A DNA stretch of 64,000 nucleotides from the human T2T-CHM13v2.0 reference genome, Homo sapiens. Positions 25,950 to 40,352 of this stretch are shown here, one piece after another. Under the pieces are notes generated by a model. That model saw nothing but the letters and a program-made list of their open reading frames with translations, had not been told where the DNA came from and ran no database searches. The translations under genes and the position numbers were made by a program. Positions within the stretch are counted from its first letter, which is position 1. Each line of letters begins with the position of its first letter. The DNA is taken from the NCBI RefSeq assembly GCF_009914755.1, contig NC_060928.1. The stretch is one strand, 5' to 3'.

Positions 25950-27600
25950 GTCACCCCTCTCTAACTCCTTGAGAATTAATCATAGCTGGCTTACCACCAT
26001 TCTCTTCAATACTTCTCCTCGCATGATTCTTGATTTTTGGAAATTACAATATTCACATAGATGATACCTCTCACACCCTGGCCTCTTAGTTCCTTAACAA
26101 GCATCCACTCCAATATTCAAAAATAATGATGTAAAATTACTGAAACTACATTCCTTGTGGGACCTCAGATTTGGAAATCTCACTCTCCGCCTACTTCCTA
26201 CTTGTTCTATCTCACTCTCTCCAACACATGTAGACAATTATTCTGCTTCTCCAGCAACCTATGTTCCATGAAGCATTTTTGCTTCCCTCTCCAAGTACCA
26301 CTTTCCCTCTTCCTCAGCTTATCTTTTAGCACCAATCATTATAATCATGCCTGTACACCACCAACTCCTGTCTTCCCCATACCTTTGCCACAACTGCCTG
26401 GCAAAACCTAAACCCTGGTTAAATCCAGCTCTCTGCCTACTCAATTTCTATAGCCATGCAATAGAATAGTGTAAAAAGGCAAAACTATGTTGAATGGCCT
26501 TACTTGAAATTGCTGACACAGATTTGGAGTACTCATAGAGCTATCAGCTGAACATCCTTATTCTATTCTCCCAGTTAGTCTCAGGACCTTACATCTTCTC
26601 TAATCTCCAATAGATCCTCACCATTTTCACTCTCAGCTGATGACCTTGATTTATACTTGACCAAAATTAAATTAGGTAATCATAAGCATCCTCCACGCGC
26701 CCCACCAGCACATCTTCACACTTACTCGCCTGTGCCACCCATATGCTCTGCTTCCCTCCTTACATTATGTAAACTATTCTTCCTCATCTAAGGCCAAGCT
26801 CCTCACCAGTATAATAGATTCTATCACTTCTCACTTATTTTAGGTCTCTTTCCCAGCAAAGTGCCCCTTTACTCATTCTAGTTTTCTGCATCCTAATTTT
26901 CTCCCTTTAATTGAATCATTCCCATTAGAATACATACATGCCTTATTTTTCATTTTAAAAAAGAAAGTGCTTTTTTTTTTTTTTTTTTTTTTTTTTACTC
27001 TATAGCCAACTCTACTAGCTATCACTCCACTTATCTGTTTACCTTTACAACAGTATTCTTTGGAAGGGTTTGTAATCATTTTGCCAATCTTCTCCCTGAT
27101 CTCTTAAACATACTCCAATCGATTTTTCAATGTCATTCTACCAAAATGCTTAATGCCCCAAGCTCGCCAGCTATCAGGTTGCTAAATCCAAGGGTCAATT
27201 CTTAGACTTCATCATACTTTTCCTTAAGCAGCCACAGTTGGTACCTTATTTTTCTTGGAGCATTTTGCCATTGGCTTCTGGACATCACTTTGTTTGCTCT
27301 CTTTCTACTTTTTGGGCTGCTCCTTCTCAACCCCTTTGTCAGCTCTTCCTCAACTACCTTACCTCTAAGCAATGCAGTGCTCTAGGACTCAGGCCCTGAA
27401 CTTTTCTGAAAAGTTTTCAATACAGTAATGTACTTTAAAAATTATCTGTGTTACCCATTCCTTAACACCAAGATCAGCATCTCTATATGGAAATCTAATG
27501 AGCAACTCAAATTTTCAAAGCTGATATACTGGTTTATTTCTATTCAAAATCCACCCTTTCTGCCATCTTGTTTATATCCCATGAATTGCTCAGACAATGT
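25950..27600 (+). mobile_element. Long L2 fragment including the endonuclease-derived region
   Basis: ttggaaattacaatattcacatagatgatacctctcacaccctggcctcttagttcctt resembles L2 LGDFNIHIDD.S.TLAS.FL; also aaaccctggttaaatcca and gctaaatccaagggtcaattct. Confidence 0.75.
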
Positions 27601-27926
27601 AGTATATAATCAAATTTGTATTTTAAAAAGATCACTCTGTTAATGCCATGGATTAAAGGAGAATAAGTGCAGATTTGAGAATGTCAGATACAAAGATAAG
27701 AAAGTTGTATGAAACCACTTAGGAAGAGTATATTTAAAAGAAAGTGGTTGAAAACACTTCTTTTAAAGTTCATGTTAGATCCTCACTTCATTACATAGCA
27801 AAATAAATCTCAAATGTATTTAATGATAAGATGCAAAAATTAAATTATTAAAACATATTAAAAGTATGCTGTATCTAAACAATGTGATTTTATATTCATT
27901 TAAATATAATGAAATATAATATTTCT

Positions 27927-28243
27927 TGTTTGGGCACAGTGGCTCATACCTATAATCTCAGTACCTTGGGAGGCTCAGCAAGAGGATTGCTTGAGGCCAC
28001 AAGTTTGAGACTAGCCTGGGCAACATGGTGAGATGCCACCTCTGCAAAAAATTTAAAAATTAGCTGGGTGTGATTGGTATGTGCCTGTAGTTTTAAGTGC
28101 ATTGAAGGATTGTTTGAGCCCAGGAGCTTGAGGTTGCAGTGAGCCATGATTGTGCCACTGCACTCTAGCCTGACAACAGAGTAGGACCCTGTCACAATAT
28201 ATATATATATATATAATTAATATATAAATATATATACATATAT
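27927..28243 (+). mobile_element. AluJ with (TA)n tail
   Basis: gggcacagtggctcatacctataatc...ggattgcttgaggccacaagtttgaga...gagccatgattgtgccactgcactc, then an AT microsatellite. Confidence 0.9.
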
Positions 28244-30288
28244 TTCCTGAGAATATTTAACAACATAGAAAAGAAGATAACATAAGTTAAGAAATAAAAG
28301 ATGCAAAATTATATGTTGCATATTTTGTATTAATACAATATTTTAATTTTTATCTAAAAAGATTCATTGAAAGGTACAAATTAAAAGATTGTCTCTAGGT
28401 AGACTTACTTGGGTTTCTAAAAAAATTTCTTTTTTCTACTTTTTTAAACCAGATTTTCTATTTTGAGTTTGTATTACTTATACAATTGAAAGTTTCCATT
28501 ATTTCCTAGTAAGGGGAATGATTTCTTAGAGGAAAGGAAATTTTTTGGGCATATAAAATAGAAATATTCATAACAATGAGTAAATCCCCATCATTATTCT
28601 ACCTAGACTAATGTTATGAGCAGGGCCTTCTTGTGTTAAATGCTAGCAAGAAGAACTGAGGCAAACTTTTGAAATGACATGCTTAGGGAAGATTTATAAA
28701 CAGGGAGTTAAGATGATTACAAAGTCCTGGATAGGATGTTTGTTAACTAGAATTTTGGGTACAGTGGAAGATTCCCTCAATCATTCTATGGACAAGAGAA
28801 TGAATGAAGGAACATCATAAGGAACATAAAGTACAGAAGTTTTCTCTGCCTTCAGGAGGGATGAATACAACAAAAAATGTCAATCTAAATTCATTTCCTT
28901 CAACTTGAAACAAAGGTTAGTATTTGTTATATATTAGATTCACAGAAATTAAAGACAGTTCATTTTTCAAAATAAGATGATAAGGAAAATTCTGGAGATT
29001 AGGAAACTCAATATGGCTCTACCTGGGTCTGAGTGAGGAGAAAATCAAGAGACTTACTTCAGGTTATTCATTTATGAACGAATATTTTTTTCATTCAGGC
29101 AATCCTTCAATGCATACTGCCTCCACATATCTGGAGACATTATGGAACAAGTAGAGAGACATAATTTAGCAATCACTAAATATTCATGATGAGCAAATAA
29201 TCATGGACAAATTTTATTTTCTTCTTTATGGGAGACTAAACAATAATCTCTAGTCATTTCTTATTTAAATAAAATGTTTGATTTTGTCCACTCTAAAATT
29301 GTAATTGATAAACTACTAATACAGATGACACTACTAATTCATATTATCTAATACAGATTTTATAACATATCCTAGATTTCTTGTCAATACCCTGTGAAAA
29401 GAGCTCATTTTCTCTAAAATAGAATTAAATCTACTATATTGTAATTTATGCAAATATATTATTCTGTACATTCCAGCTTGACCCTAGCCTGCCAAAATAG
29501 AGATGCTGAAAATCAAAGCGATGAGCCACTACCACCAACTGCAATAATTTTTACTGAATGCACTTAGAATTCCTGGCCTGTGTTCTGATTGCCAATACCT
29601 AACCCTTTCCAAAGAACCAAGATTAGGCTGTTTAGAGAAGATATACCATCACGGGGAAGCCAGAGACCAAGGAAAGTGCTCACTTTTAGTCGCCTCTTCC
29701 AATCATCAAATATTCTTCCTTTCCTTCCCTGTTCTTGCATCCTGCAGCAACAGGATTCATTATATTATGTATAGATTTTAAGTTAATATGTCTGTTTACA
29801 GATCTGATAATCATGGTGATAGGTGCCTTGGAAAATAAAGGAGATGTTACCAGCCGTAATGTTGATCCCTGACTTCAAATCTCCTATCATGCCAACAACA
29901 TATCTTATCCACACTTGCCTCTAAACGTAATACATGTCCTGACAATTACCATGAAAGTTCTTTGCATATTGACTCAGATCAGTAAGATGAGTAAAAAGGC
30001 TTTCCAATCTTAGGAATTCTGACTTTCAAAGTAAAATTCAATAGAAGATTTCTAGAAACATAATTTAAGTAATTTTGAACTGCTGAATAAAATTTATTCC
30101 ATAAAATATGCTGTGGCCACAATTTCCTAAATGTGCTCTAGTTGGAAATTTTTTTTTAATCTTGAAGTTTGGATGAGGTCCTTTGATCAAGGAAAGACTA
30201 GACCATATGCACACATAAGAGAATTCTCTAAAATTACAAAAAATAATAGCAAAAAAGGTCAGGGCTTTTCTTTCTCATTTTTTGGGTT

Positions 30289-30326
30289 TGTGTGTGTGTG
30301 TGTGTGTGTGTGCACGTGCGTGCGTG
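30289..30326. repeat. (TG)n microsatellite with a (TGCG)-type extension
   Basis: direct read. Confidence 0.9.
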
Positions 30327-33284
30327 CTAGCCTGAATTCTAGGAGCATGAAGAACTTTAAGCCAAAACATAAAATCAATGCATTAAAAAATGAAAGCAAA
30401 CCAAAAAAAGAAAAGAAAAGAAAAGAAATCCCCAAACCTTCACAGTCGGAAAAGTATTGACTTGGCCTTCCTAAAGTGTTGTCTTGACCTAAAGTACATC
30501 CTGTGACTCATATTCCAATTACTGTTATAGTTTTTCTGGCCCAAATTGCCAGGAGGAAAGGAAGTACTTCTATACTTACGGTGATTAAATGCCCTTAGTA
30601 TACACAATCTTGTAAAAGCTGCACCCTGAAAAACATACAGTGTTTTATATTTCTTTGTACCTGTTACACTTTTATGAATTCTTCTTGGAGTAAAAGTACA
30701 TTCTGTCACTATCTGAAAAAAGGATCTAAGTTACAGTAACATTACCAGTGTTGAAAAATGTCTTATTTTCCTAATACCATAATGCTGGCTTATTTTTTTT
30801 TTAATGCCATTGTACTGGGTCCTTATGGAAAACACATTAACTTCTATTTGCAAGCAGGTGAGAATAATGGTTTGGCCCATTATTTGCAAGAGATTCAACA
30901 TTTGTTTATTCAGAAACCATTTCTAAAGGCCCTTCCAAGAAAGCAGCTTGGGGACTGTCATGTGGAATTTGGAGCTGCTCATAGGTAGCAAAACCACATC
31001 AACTTCAAAATGCCTTCTGTGAACGAAGATGGAAAATTCTATGAGATTAAAAGCTCAAAGAAAAATTTTCCAGCCATTTCCAATTTTAGATACCCTTTAT
31101 CATAATCACTTAATTGATAGGTTATGGATATTATAACATGGATTTTTCCCATAATTTTTATTATTTTTATATTATAGAAATGCCTAGTTTTAAAATATTC
31201 TCATAGAAAATTATCACAGAAAATAACAAAAACAAGAACAACAAAGAAAGATCCTTCTTTTATTAAAAGTTCCTGCTGTAAATAGAAATTATACATTCAC
31301 TCAACTTTCAGAAGTTCAATTTATATGCAATTGTTTAGCAAGGCACCTATTGCACGGATCACTGTAAACATTAATCTTTTTAATTAGATCTCTTCCATAA
31401 TGATAGCTTGCACTTAGATACTTTAAAGTTACATTTTCAAAATAATGTGTTCATCTTTTTTTTCAAAGCCAACTTCTCTATTACTAAGAAACATTAATTA
31501 TTTTCTTTTAAACATTTTCTTGAATATTTTTCCACATATCTATTTGGTTCTTTCTAAATGGTTTCATTGTCACCAAGTGGCTGTCTGGAATAGATTACTT
31601 TATCAAACAGCAATATGTGAGTTATCACTGACAAAATAATCTCAGGAGTAGAAAAACCTACTTAGCTAGGAGTACAGGGTTACCATTTTTTTGTTGTTGT
31701 TGATAACTCTTAATTTAAAGTAAACTGAGAGTTTGTAGAAATTGAGGAACCAAGAAAGTTTAAAAAACCAAAAACATATATACATATATAGGTTTATAAT
31801 TTTATATGCCTTTATAAACATATATATATAAGGTTTTTAGCAGTTTTCTGTCAACTCCACACAGCTTTCTTTAACATAACTGCTGCTATGTTTTCATCCC
31901 AGCAGTACAAGAAAGGAAGAGAGGCAGATCAAGGATTAGTTTCTGCTACACTCGTGAATTTTACAGGCTTATCCCAGACATGGAGACGCAATTTGCCTTT
32001 TATCTAAATCAAAACTAGTTTGACCATAACCGTTATTGGCTGTGTAACAATAAAGAGGCTTTGATTACCTTTTTAAATTTTTTTAACAAGTGTAAATGCA
32101 ACAAAAATATAAACTGATTTGAGATTTTTATTTTTAAAAATCCTAAAGACACATATTTCTATGATTTGTATGAGTAGAATTTCATTGCCAAAGTCTCTGG
32201 GTTACACCTCGCTATTGGTAAGACTTTTAATAAACAATTTTTAGGGGAAAGCACACATAAGTTGGCAAGATTTGTGCTGCCCCACAAAAGCTATTCTGCC
32301 TTCAGATTCTGAGCCAGGCCACCCCTAGAATGTCCATTCCAGCATGAAATGGCTGTCATCAAGCATGATGAGTAAATAAAAGCCTGTGCATTTACTGCAA
32401 TATTAGGAAATTTTCTATCATCCTGGACTTAACAAGGGTAAAATATGTTTGGAATATCTTCAGTGTGCACAGATCTGGAATACTATCTCCTCTTAGGAAT
32501 GAGCTAAAAGTAGGCCAGTAATATGTTGGAGGGTGAGAGGCTATAAACAAGGATATATTAAGTTTAGAAACAACAGGAGAGGTGAGTGAATAGGGCTATA
32601 AGTGGAGTCATCATTTCTACACACATCAGCGTGGGAAGTGATCATTCTAATAACTCCATTTGTGAAAATATAAGGAGAATTTTGTTATTACACATTGCCA
32701 GTAAGTAATCAAACTTATCTCTCCCAAACATATTTGATGTTTGCTAAAGATTTATGTAAGTTATGTTAAAATATTGGTAGACATTGGATTCTCTAACTTC
32801 CTTGGGACTTGGAGTTAAACATTTAAACAAGACTCAGCAACTTCCAGTGTAGTTCCTAGGCCATCAGCCAGGTTGTGCAACTCAGCAAAACAGCATGCAC
32901 TTTTTCCTTCTCGTTTTTTTTTTTTATTTTTTCCTTTTCTTGTTACTGTTTTAAACCACCCCACGTAACAGCTTGTTAAGGGCTTCAGGCTAGTTGGTAG
33001 GTGCTAGGTAATGTAAAAAGATTGATGTCTACCCAGAGAAATTTGTACAAAAAGATACTCCAAAAAGATTATACTATATATTAACTGTCAGCTGGTAAGT
33101 TTTTTTTATTACTCCATTGGCTATAGGTGTAACAAATATTTATTTTTCATTGATTATTCCTTACTAATAATTATGTTTGTCTCAGATGAAGCATTTCGTA
33201 CTTTGATATTTGATGATTATTGTTAATTACTTATGCAACTCTGGTCTCTTTCCTTTTGATTGTAATATATTTTCTGACATTAGC

Positions 33285-33485
33285 AATAATAACAATAACC
33301 AACACAGTGGCTCGATGTGCCAGGTTCTCTTAAAGTGGTTTACCTTATTAATTAATTTAATCCTCCTTCATCAGAACTTTGGGAGCTAAGTACAAATATT
33401 ACCCCCTGTTTGCAGTTGAGAAAATGGAAGTATGGAGAGGTTGAGTAACTTGTCCAAGTTCACACAACTTATAAGTGGTTAAGTC
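33285..33485 (-). mobile_element. MIR
   Basis: gagaggttgagtaacttgtccaagttcacacaact antisense MIR core. Confidence 0.75.
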
Positions 33486-33639
33486 CCAAATAAAACTCAT
33501 AAATATTCAGTCATGTTAATAATTTATTAACACTATCAATTACTTAGAGATATTATATAGTTATCCCAACTTATATTTAACTAAGACATTGGATTATATG
33601 TTGCTACCATGGAAAGACCATTATATTTGAAATAATAAT

Positions 33640-33870
33640 AAAAACCAGTAGCTATATAAAATCTTTTTTCTGCTAAGATTTTCCAAGTGTTTTACACATA
33701 TTAACCAATTTGATCTTCACAACAGCCCTACGAGGTAAATTCTATTAAAATCTCTGTTTTGTAATAGAGAAATAGGCACAGAGAAATTAAATAACTTGTC
33801 CAAAGACACCCAGCTAATATGTGGCAGTGCTGGAACTTGAACCAGGCAATTTGGCTTGACTCTGTTACTT
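33640..33870 (-). mobile_element. MIR
   Basis: aggcacagagaaattaaataacttgtccaaagacacccagcta...ggaacttgaaccagg. Confidence 0.8.
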
Positions 33871-35744
33871 AAGTCTGTTGTGTTTCTCAAAAGCCAAAGG
33901 AGCTATATTCTCAGTTTAAATTGGGTAATTTCATTCCAGCTCCTGTGTTTACTTCCATTGACATTTTTATGTAATGTTAGTGGTATGTCTTTATTTCTAT
34001 ATGTCCAATGTCTAACAAGTCCTTGCCATCCATTAAGCAATCAGTAAATATCTAAGTAAATGATATGTGACATATGTGATATGATATGATTGTCAAAATA
34101 ATTTCTGCATTGAGAAAAATAGTGCTTACACTGACACCACAATGAATTATCTAAAATCCATATAAAGGAAAGTTACTGAATGGCTACATTGAATGCTTTT
34201 TAAAATTTCCCATTTCCTAGTGGTTCTTCTCCTGCTTGTTGTACCTGGATTTTGTATTCCTTTAAGCAGAAAGTGTTCAGAAATTTTACTGACACTGTGA
34301 AATTTGGCTCAACCGCTGATTCAAAAAATTAGCAGCATCTACCATGGGATGCTGAGACCAATGTCAAGGTCAAAAGCAATCCCTTATTCAGTAGGTTGTT
34401 TTGCTTTCCTAATAAATGCCTCTTATCTTCCTTTTGAAGGATGACTTTAAAAGCAGAAATTTGAAAATTTCACAAGATTCGTAATATTAATTCTTTTCTT
34501 AAGAAATCACTTTAGACTATAAGCAAGGAGAAAGCTTTAGTAAGGCCAGTCTTAAAGACTCAAGATTTTAAGATAGTTTAGATAAGGTTTGAATAAGCAG
34601 CCAAAAGTTCCAAACCAGAATTCCAAGCCTGTTAGTAATCATAATATTATTTAGCACTTAGATAATTCTTTGCAGGCAGTAACCATTAATCATTGGTATC
34701 CCACTGTGTAATATGCACATTTTAAGATTATCATTTTATAGAGGCAAATATTGAAGTTGAGAGGTGAAAGGTGCGTTCAAGTCACAAATTGGGTTATTGC
34801 TTGAGCCAGAATTTTACAGGAAGTTTTTCTGACTCTATCCCTATCATATTCCACAAGCAATTACCTTACTTTCGTGCCAGGATTTTTAAATGTAATTATC
34901 TGAATACACAAAGTCAGTCAAACTGCTTGCAATACTCAGGTTGTTTACGGGAGACAGTGCGAAAAGGAACTATAAGACATAGGTCTTATACTCAAACACA
35001 TGCATTCTATGGAATCTTGGACAAATTTCCAATTATTCTTGAGCCTCAATTTTCTTATCTGCAAAACAGACTAATATTCTTTACCTCCTGGGGACTTTTG
35101 AGAGTTAAATATAATAATATGTATGGATAATTATTTATAACTCTAATCTTTTGAGTGTACACTTTATGCAAGTATAAAAATCCTCAGCAATTTATGTTTA
35201 ACCTGATTTCATATGTATATTCATTTATTTATTCAACAGACATTACATTAGATGCCTGCAATGTATATTGTCTCCTAGAGTAACACCTAAAATGAACTCC
35301 TTGGTCTTACAGAGCTCATAATCTTAAGGAAGGGGGCATAAAATAAACAAATAAATACATAAAGTGAGGTATAAATTCCATGTAAGATAAAAGTGGCATA
35401 AATTTCATGAAAAAAACAAGTAAGAGCATTAGGAAGTGATTTGGATGGGGTATGATTTTATCAAGAGTGGTAGATAAAGTTTACGTGTAAATATATTTGA
35501 GGAAAGACATGAGAGAATTGCAGGAAATGGTTTTGTGACATTGGAGGAAAGGGACATTTTAGGTAAAGGGAACAGCAAATGCAAAATCCCTGGGCTTGCT
35601 TAGCTTTTTCAGAACTAACAAGGAATGGAGTTAGCAAGGAAGAGATTACAAAGGATACAGGGATATCAGATTACACAGCATTTAAGACTTTGTGGGTTGT
35701 GGTAGGAATTTTGGATTTTACTTGTAAGACTCTAAGTAAAAGAA

Positions 35745-36054
35745 GGCTGGGCGCGGTGGCTCACGCCTGTAATCCCAGCAGTTTGGGAGGCCCAGGAGGG
35801 TGGATCACCTGAGGTCAGGAGTTTTCGAGACCAGCTTGACCAACATGGTGAAACCCTGTCTCTACTAAAAACACAAAAATTAGCCAGGCGTGGTGGCACA
35901 TGCCTGTAATCCCAGCTACTTGGGAGGCTGAGGCAGGAGTATCACTTGAACCTGGGAGGCGGAGGTTGCAGTGAGTGGAGATCTTAGCCACTGCACTCCA
36001 GACTGGGCAACAAGAGGGAAAGTCTGTCTCAAAAGAAAACAAACAAACAAAAAA
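35745..36054 (+). mobile_element. AluS (Sq/Sp-like)
   Basis: ggctgggcgcggtggctcacgcc...cacctgaggtcagg...gggcaacaagag. Confidence 0.93.
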
Positions 36055-36115
36055 GGAGACTAAAAGTCTTTAGCAAGTTTTGAGCAAAAGAGTAATATGA
36101 TTTGATTTATATTTT

Positions 36116-36647
36116 CTGGATGTTTCCAGAGGGCCAAAGCTTTGTGCAGGGTCTTTATTTGTAGCTGACTTCTTGTCTTTGGTACACAGGTAGGTATGCT
36201 AACGAAGTACTTTTGGTGTTGAAGCTTTGGGGTGTCATTCACTAGGTGGTGCTTAGGCATAATGGTCAGTCAGCAGGCTCTTGCTCAGTCTTGTGGCTCC
36301 CTTACATTTCCTCACAATTGCAGCCATGCTCCCTATCAATGTTCTGAAAATGTGGGTTCCTCCCCGACTTGAGAGCTGGCTGAGTTCATGGCTTGGCACT
36401 CCTGGGCTGCCCACCACAACTCTGGGGCAATCTCAGGGTTTATGTTCCCTCCCCAACTTGGAGACAACAGAGGAAGGCACCTTGGCAGTGGTTGTGGCCA
36501 AGGGTCTTTTACTTTTCTCTTGGGGCTCCACCCCAGAGAGATGCAGAGCTGCAACCAATCAGCACAACCGACACAGGAGAGAAGGCTGCGCTGTGGGTTT
36601 CAGCCAGAGGGTCAGGAGGTGGGGAGGGTGGGGAAGACCCTGCCTGA
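36116..36647 (-). mobile_element. Tailless insertion resembling an older primate L1 (L1P4-like) 5'UTR segment, with 13-bp TSD
   Basis: TSD tgatttatatttt at 36103-36115 and 36648-36660 followed by aaaa; sense 3' end aaataaagaccctgcacaaagctttggccctctggaaacatccag resembles recalled old L1P 5' sequence. Confidence 0.7.
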
Positions 36648-37064
36648 TGATTTATATTTTAAAAGGCTCATTCTGGATGCTGTATTGAAGATAGAATATA
36701 AGCAAGGGTGAAAAGGAAGACAGTGTAGGAAGTTATCTCAATTAAATGATTGAAATAAAATGTCAGCAGTGGGGATCAGATTCAAGATATATTTTGGCAT
36801 GGCTGGCATATGATACAACTTTAGTTTAGATAAGATTAGAAATGAAGTTAAAATTTGTCAGTGTGTCGATGTATTAAAAATCACGGGATTGGATGTGATT
36901 ACCAAGAAAAGTATAAAGAGAGAAGATAAATATATGAGAAAAAATAAAAAGCCCTAAAGTACTGCAGTTTACCAAGGACAACAGGAAGAACCAGCCAAGA
37001 TTGAGAGGAACAACAATGAAGATCAGAGCAGGACAGGGGAAGCAATGTCAACAAGGAAGGAGTC

Positions 37065-37390
37065 GGCCAGGCGCCGTGGCTCACGCCTGTAATCCCAGCA
37101 CTTTGAGAGGCCCAGGCGGGCAGATCACGATGTCAGGAGTTTGAGACCAGCCTGGCCAACAAGGTGAAACCCCGTCTCTACTAAAAATAAAAAAAAATAG
37201 CTAGGAGTAGTGGCGGGTGCCTGTAATCCCAGCTACTTGGGAGGCTGAGGCAGGAGAATCGCTTGAACCAGGGAGGCAGAGGTTTCAGTGAGCCGAGATT
37301 GCAGCCACTGCACTCCCGCCCAGGTGAAAGAGTGAGACTCTCTCTCAAAAAAAAAAAAAAAAAAAAAACCAACCAAAAAAAAAAAAAAAT
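37065..37390 (+). mobile_element. AluS (Sg-like) with long A tail
   Basis: gatcacgatgtcaggagtttgagaccagcctggcc; TSD core aaggaaggagt at 37053-37063 and 37394-37404. Confidence 0.93.
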
Positions 37391-37729
37391 AAGAAGGAAG
37401 GAGTGATCAACTACATCAACTGCCCCTGAGCGGTTGGGTAATATGACGAATGCTTGACCATGTGATTAATCAATGTGTTAGTCATTAGTGACCTTAAAAA
37501 GAGGAGTTACTTTTTTTAAATTTTTTTATCGTTAAACAAATGTATGTATTTAGTTTACGTTTATAGGTCAACAATTTATGTGGGGTTGGGCCAAGTTGTT
37601 CTTGTGGCTCACTCACATGTTTGGCGGTCTGCTGACTGTTGCCTAGGGCAGCAAGGCCATGGAGTTATGTGCACAAAAAAAAAGAGTTCTAATGGAGATG
37701 AGTAGATTAAAACCTGGTTGTCTCTCATC

Positions 37730-38170
37730 TGAACTACCGCATTAGCCTTCGGTCTTTCTCTCTCCAAGGCATTCTCCATTCTGCAGCCAGAATTACTTTT
37801 TCAAAAGAAAAATCCAGTGTTTCTTCTGCTTAATAATTCCAGTGCTTTTTATCTCTTACAGGACATTTATACAAAGCTATAACCTGTTCTCCAAAACTCT
37901 GCCCTCTGGGATTCAGCCTCACTGGTTTACTTTAGTTCCTTATACTTCTTCCTTCCCCAGGGACTTTGAACTGCATGACACATACTCAGAGTATTTCACA
38001 GAATTGCAATTGTACATTTTTATGTGATCATGTAATTAATGAGGATCTTCCCTAATTGAAAGCCCCATGAAGGTGGAAGTCAGCGTGATAACTTTACTCA
38101 ACATACGTCCTCACACTAATGTCATACTGCATTATAAAGGCTCTATAAATACTTTTTGAGTGAATGAACA
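37730..38170 (+). mobile_element. L2 3' fragment
   Basis: ccattctgcagccagaattactttttcaaaa... ending ataaatactttttgagtgaatgaa. Confidence 0.55.
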
Positions 38171-40352
38171 CAACTTGTTTTGTAATTCTTTTTTTACATA
38201 CGAACTATAAAATTCCTTTTAGAATCCTGAGGATAATGAATCTTTGACAGGAGTATTAAATACGTATTGTAATTATCTATTAAAACTCCATATTCTAATT
38301 ATATTAGCACAATTAAAAAATATCTTAGAGAACAACAGAAACATCTAGATCTTCCTTCTTTAAATTTGTAAAGTAAAATGTTAGAACATGCTTTAAAAAA
38401 ATGTGAATCATCATGAATGCTTACTTTTCACATGATCATTGATAATTCTCATAACATATTGGTTTCTACATGTACACGGCAGGACTGATTGTTGTGGACC
38501 AAGAAGTATAGGTAAGAAAATACCTCGCTTTCTTTATAGCTTTCTCAGACTACTGCTATTATTATTCTACCTCTAAGGCCAGCCTCCCAGTAGTGTTCTC
38601 ATCTATCAGAACTTTTTTAACCAATTAACCTTTCTATTTAGCAGGAAAAAAATATATGAAACATTTAAACAGATACGACTTTAAAAGATATTGTATAAAT
38701 TTAATATAGCTTATTTGTCATGAAGTCCATAAAACACTCTTCAACCTTTATATGTTTATAATATAAAATCAATGTGAAAGAACAAGTATTTTATTAGAAA
38801 GGTAACAATAAAACCAAATTATAAAAAGAAGACACTAAATAACTATCTAGTACTAAGTATTTGGCTAGGCTAATTTCCTGCAGAAAATGAATATCTACTA
38901 TGTGTACCTACCTCAACCCCATCCACTCAGCAATATCTGTGAATTGACTGGGAAGACATATTAAACTGCGCTGCAGAATATGTAAGAAGCAGAGTCAAAG
39001 TATTAGTTTGTTCAGAGTTAAACATACATATAAAAGGACAGGGTTCATTTAGCATTAACTGTGAATCTCTGAGAGTATCTAATTTATTGTTTTTATTAAT
39101 AAATATCATGTCCAGTATGAGGGTTAGGGGCAAGAGAGAAGGAATTTAAATACTTAGAACATTTTAGAGAACGTTCCAAGAGAAACCAAATACCTCAGAC
39201 TATTTAGAGACAGAAGTATTTTGCAGTGAATGTGCTATGAAAGAATTTATTAAAGTAATTACCTTTACTATTCACTGATTTCCATAGCAACGGCACAAAT
39301 TTTGATTTCCTTGAATTGATATTTAAGACTGTTTTGAGGAGTAAATTATTTCTCTGGTTTACTCATTCCTTTAATGCCCTCACCAACCTTCACCCACTAT
39401 AGTGGAAAAAAAAATAGGACCACAAACTTGGTAAAGTTGGCTACAAATAACTGATTTTTCCTTAGTACTATTCTATGACCTGTGTTAATTTGTTTTCAAA
39501 CCAAAAAACAGTGTTCTATGGAAGATTTCAGATAATTTCTACAAACTCAAGTTCATGGTTTTACATATAGATATGATATGTGATAAGGTAAACACAGAAG
39601 TCATAGAGGAAATTCAAGTGATTTCAGATGCTCCTCATAGGCATGCTTCCCCCAGTCTCATCATGCACACTTGAAGCCACCCTTTTCCAGATCAACTGCC
39701 TGTGAAAGATTTTCAGAACTCTGAGCCATTACTAAATGGCCATGGAAAGAAATTAAGCAAAGAAAAATTGGACAGACTTTCAGGAAAAGTTTCCTAATTG
39801 TGAAAACTATTAAAATGTGGAATAAATATCCTCTGAGGGAGAGGATAGATGCCCATCTCTGAGGCTTTAAAAACAGGATTTGACCAACACTTTGGGAAGA
39901 GAAATGAGGGCAATATTCATTACTTGGCAAGGAAGTGAGCTGGATGACATAATGGTCTTTTCCCTCTTTCATGCTAATGCCTCTTTAATGTTTCCATTTA
40001 AGTAGTAACTTAGTTTCAAAAGCGGACATTTTAATGTGGGAAGAGTACTCAGGTTTCAATGAAAACCTCACCAGAAAAAATCAGGAATGAAGGCCACCAT
40101 TGACCCTGTACGTGGATTACTTTTGTATTTGACCACGTAAGACAATTGGATGGGCACCTAATATATTTCCTGGTACACTCCTATTGTGGTTGGTCTTCTT
40201 TATCTGTATGTCTATCTTGTTCAGTCTGCGCTTCAGCTTTGCAGGAAAATAGAAATTTTTTTTTCTGTGCTTGTTTATGCTAACCATGGTGCCTACAACT
40301 GCATCTGCTGCCTTTACACGGGACTGCAAACCTGTTTTTTTCAACCTTCTGT

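Larger units (their letters stand above)
35210..37500 (-). mobile_element. L2 fragment interrupted by two Alus and an L1 5' fragment
   Basis: begins with the L2 tail tcatttatttattcaaca; L2 motif gatttatattttaaaaggctcattctggatgctg is rejoined once the 36116-36647 insert is removed. Confidence 0.7.

Noticed and set aside
30580-30712. Minus-strand mini-exon candidates
   Set aside because: Isolated splice-like motifs with no coherent chain; expected by chance in AT-rich DNA.
36281-36711. Four overlapping ORFs (up to 135 aa)
   Set aside because: They result from higher GC in the L1 5'UTR-like insert; no coding signature.
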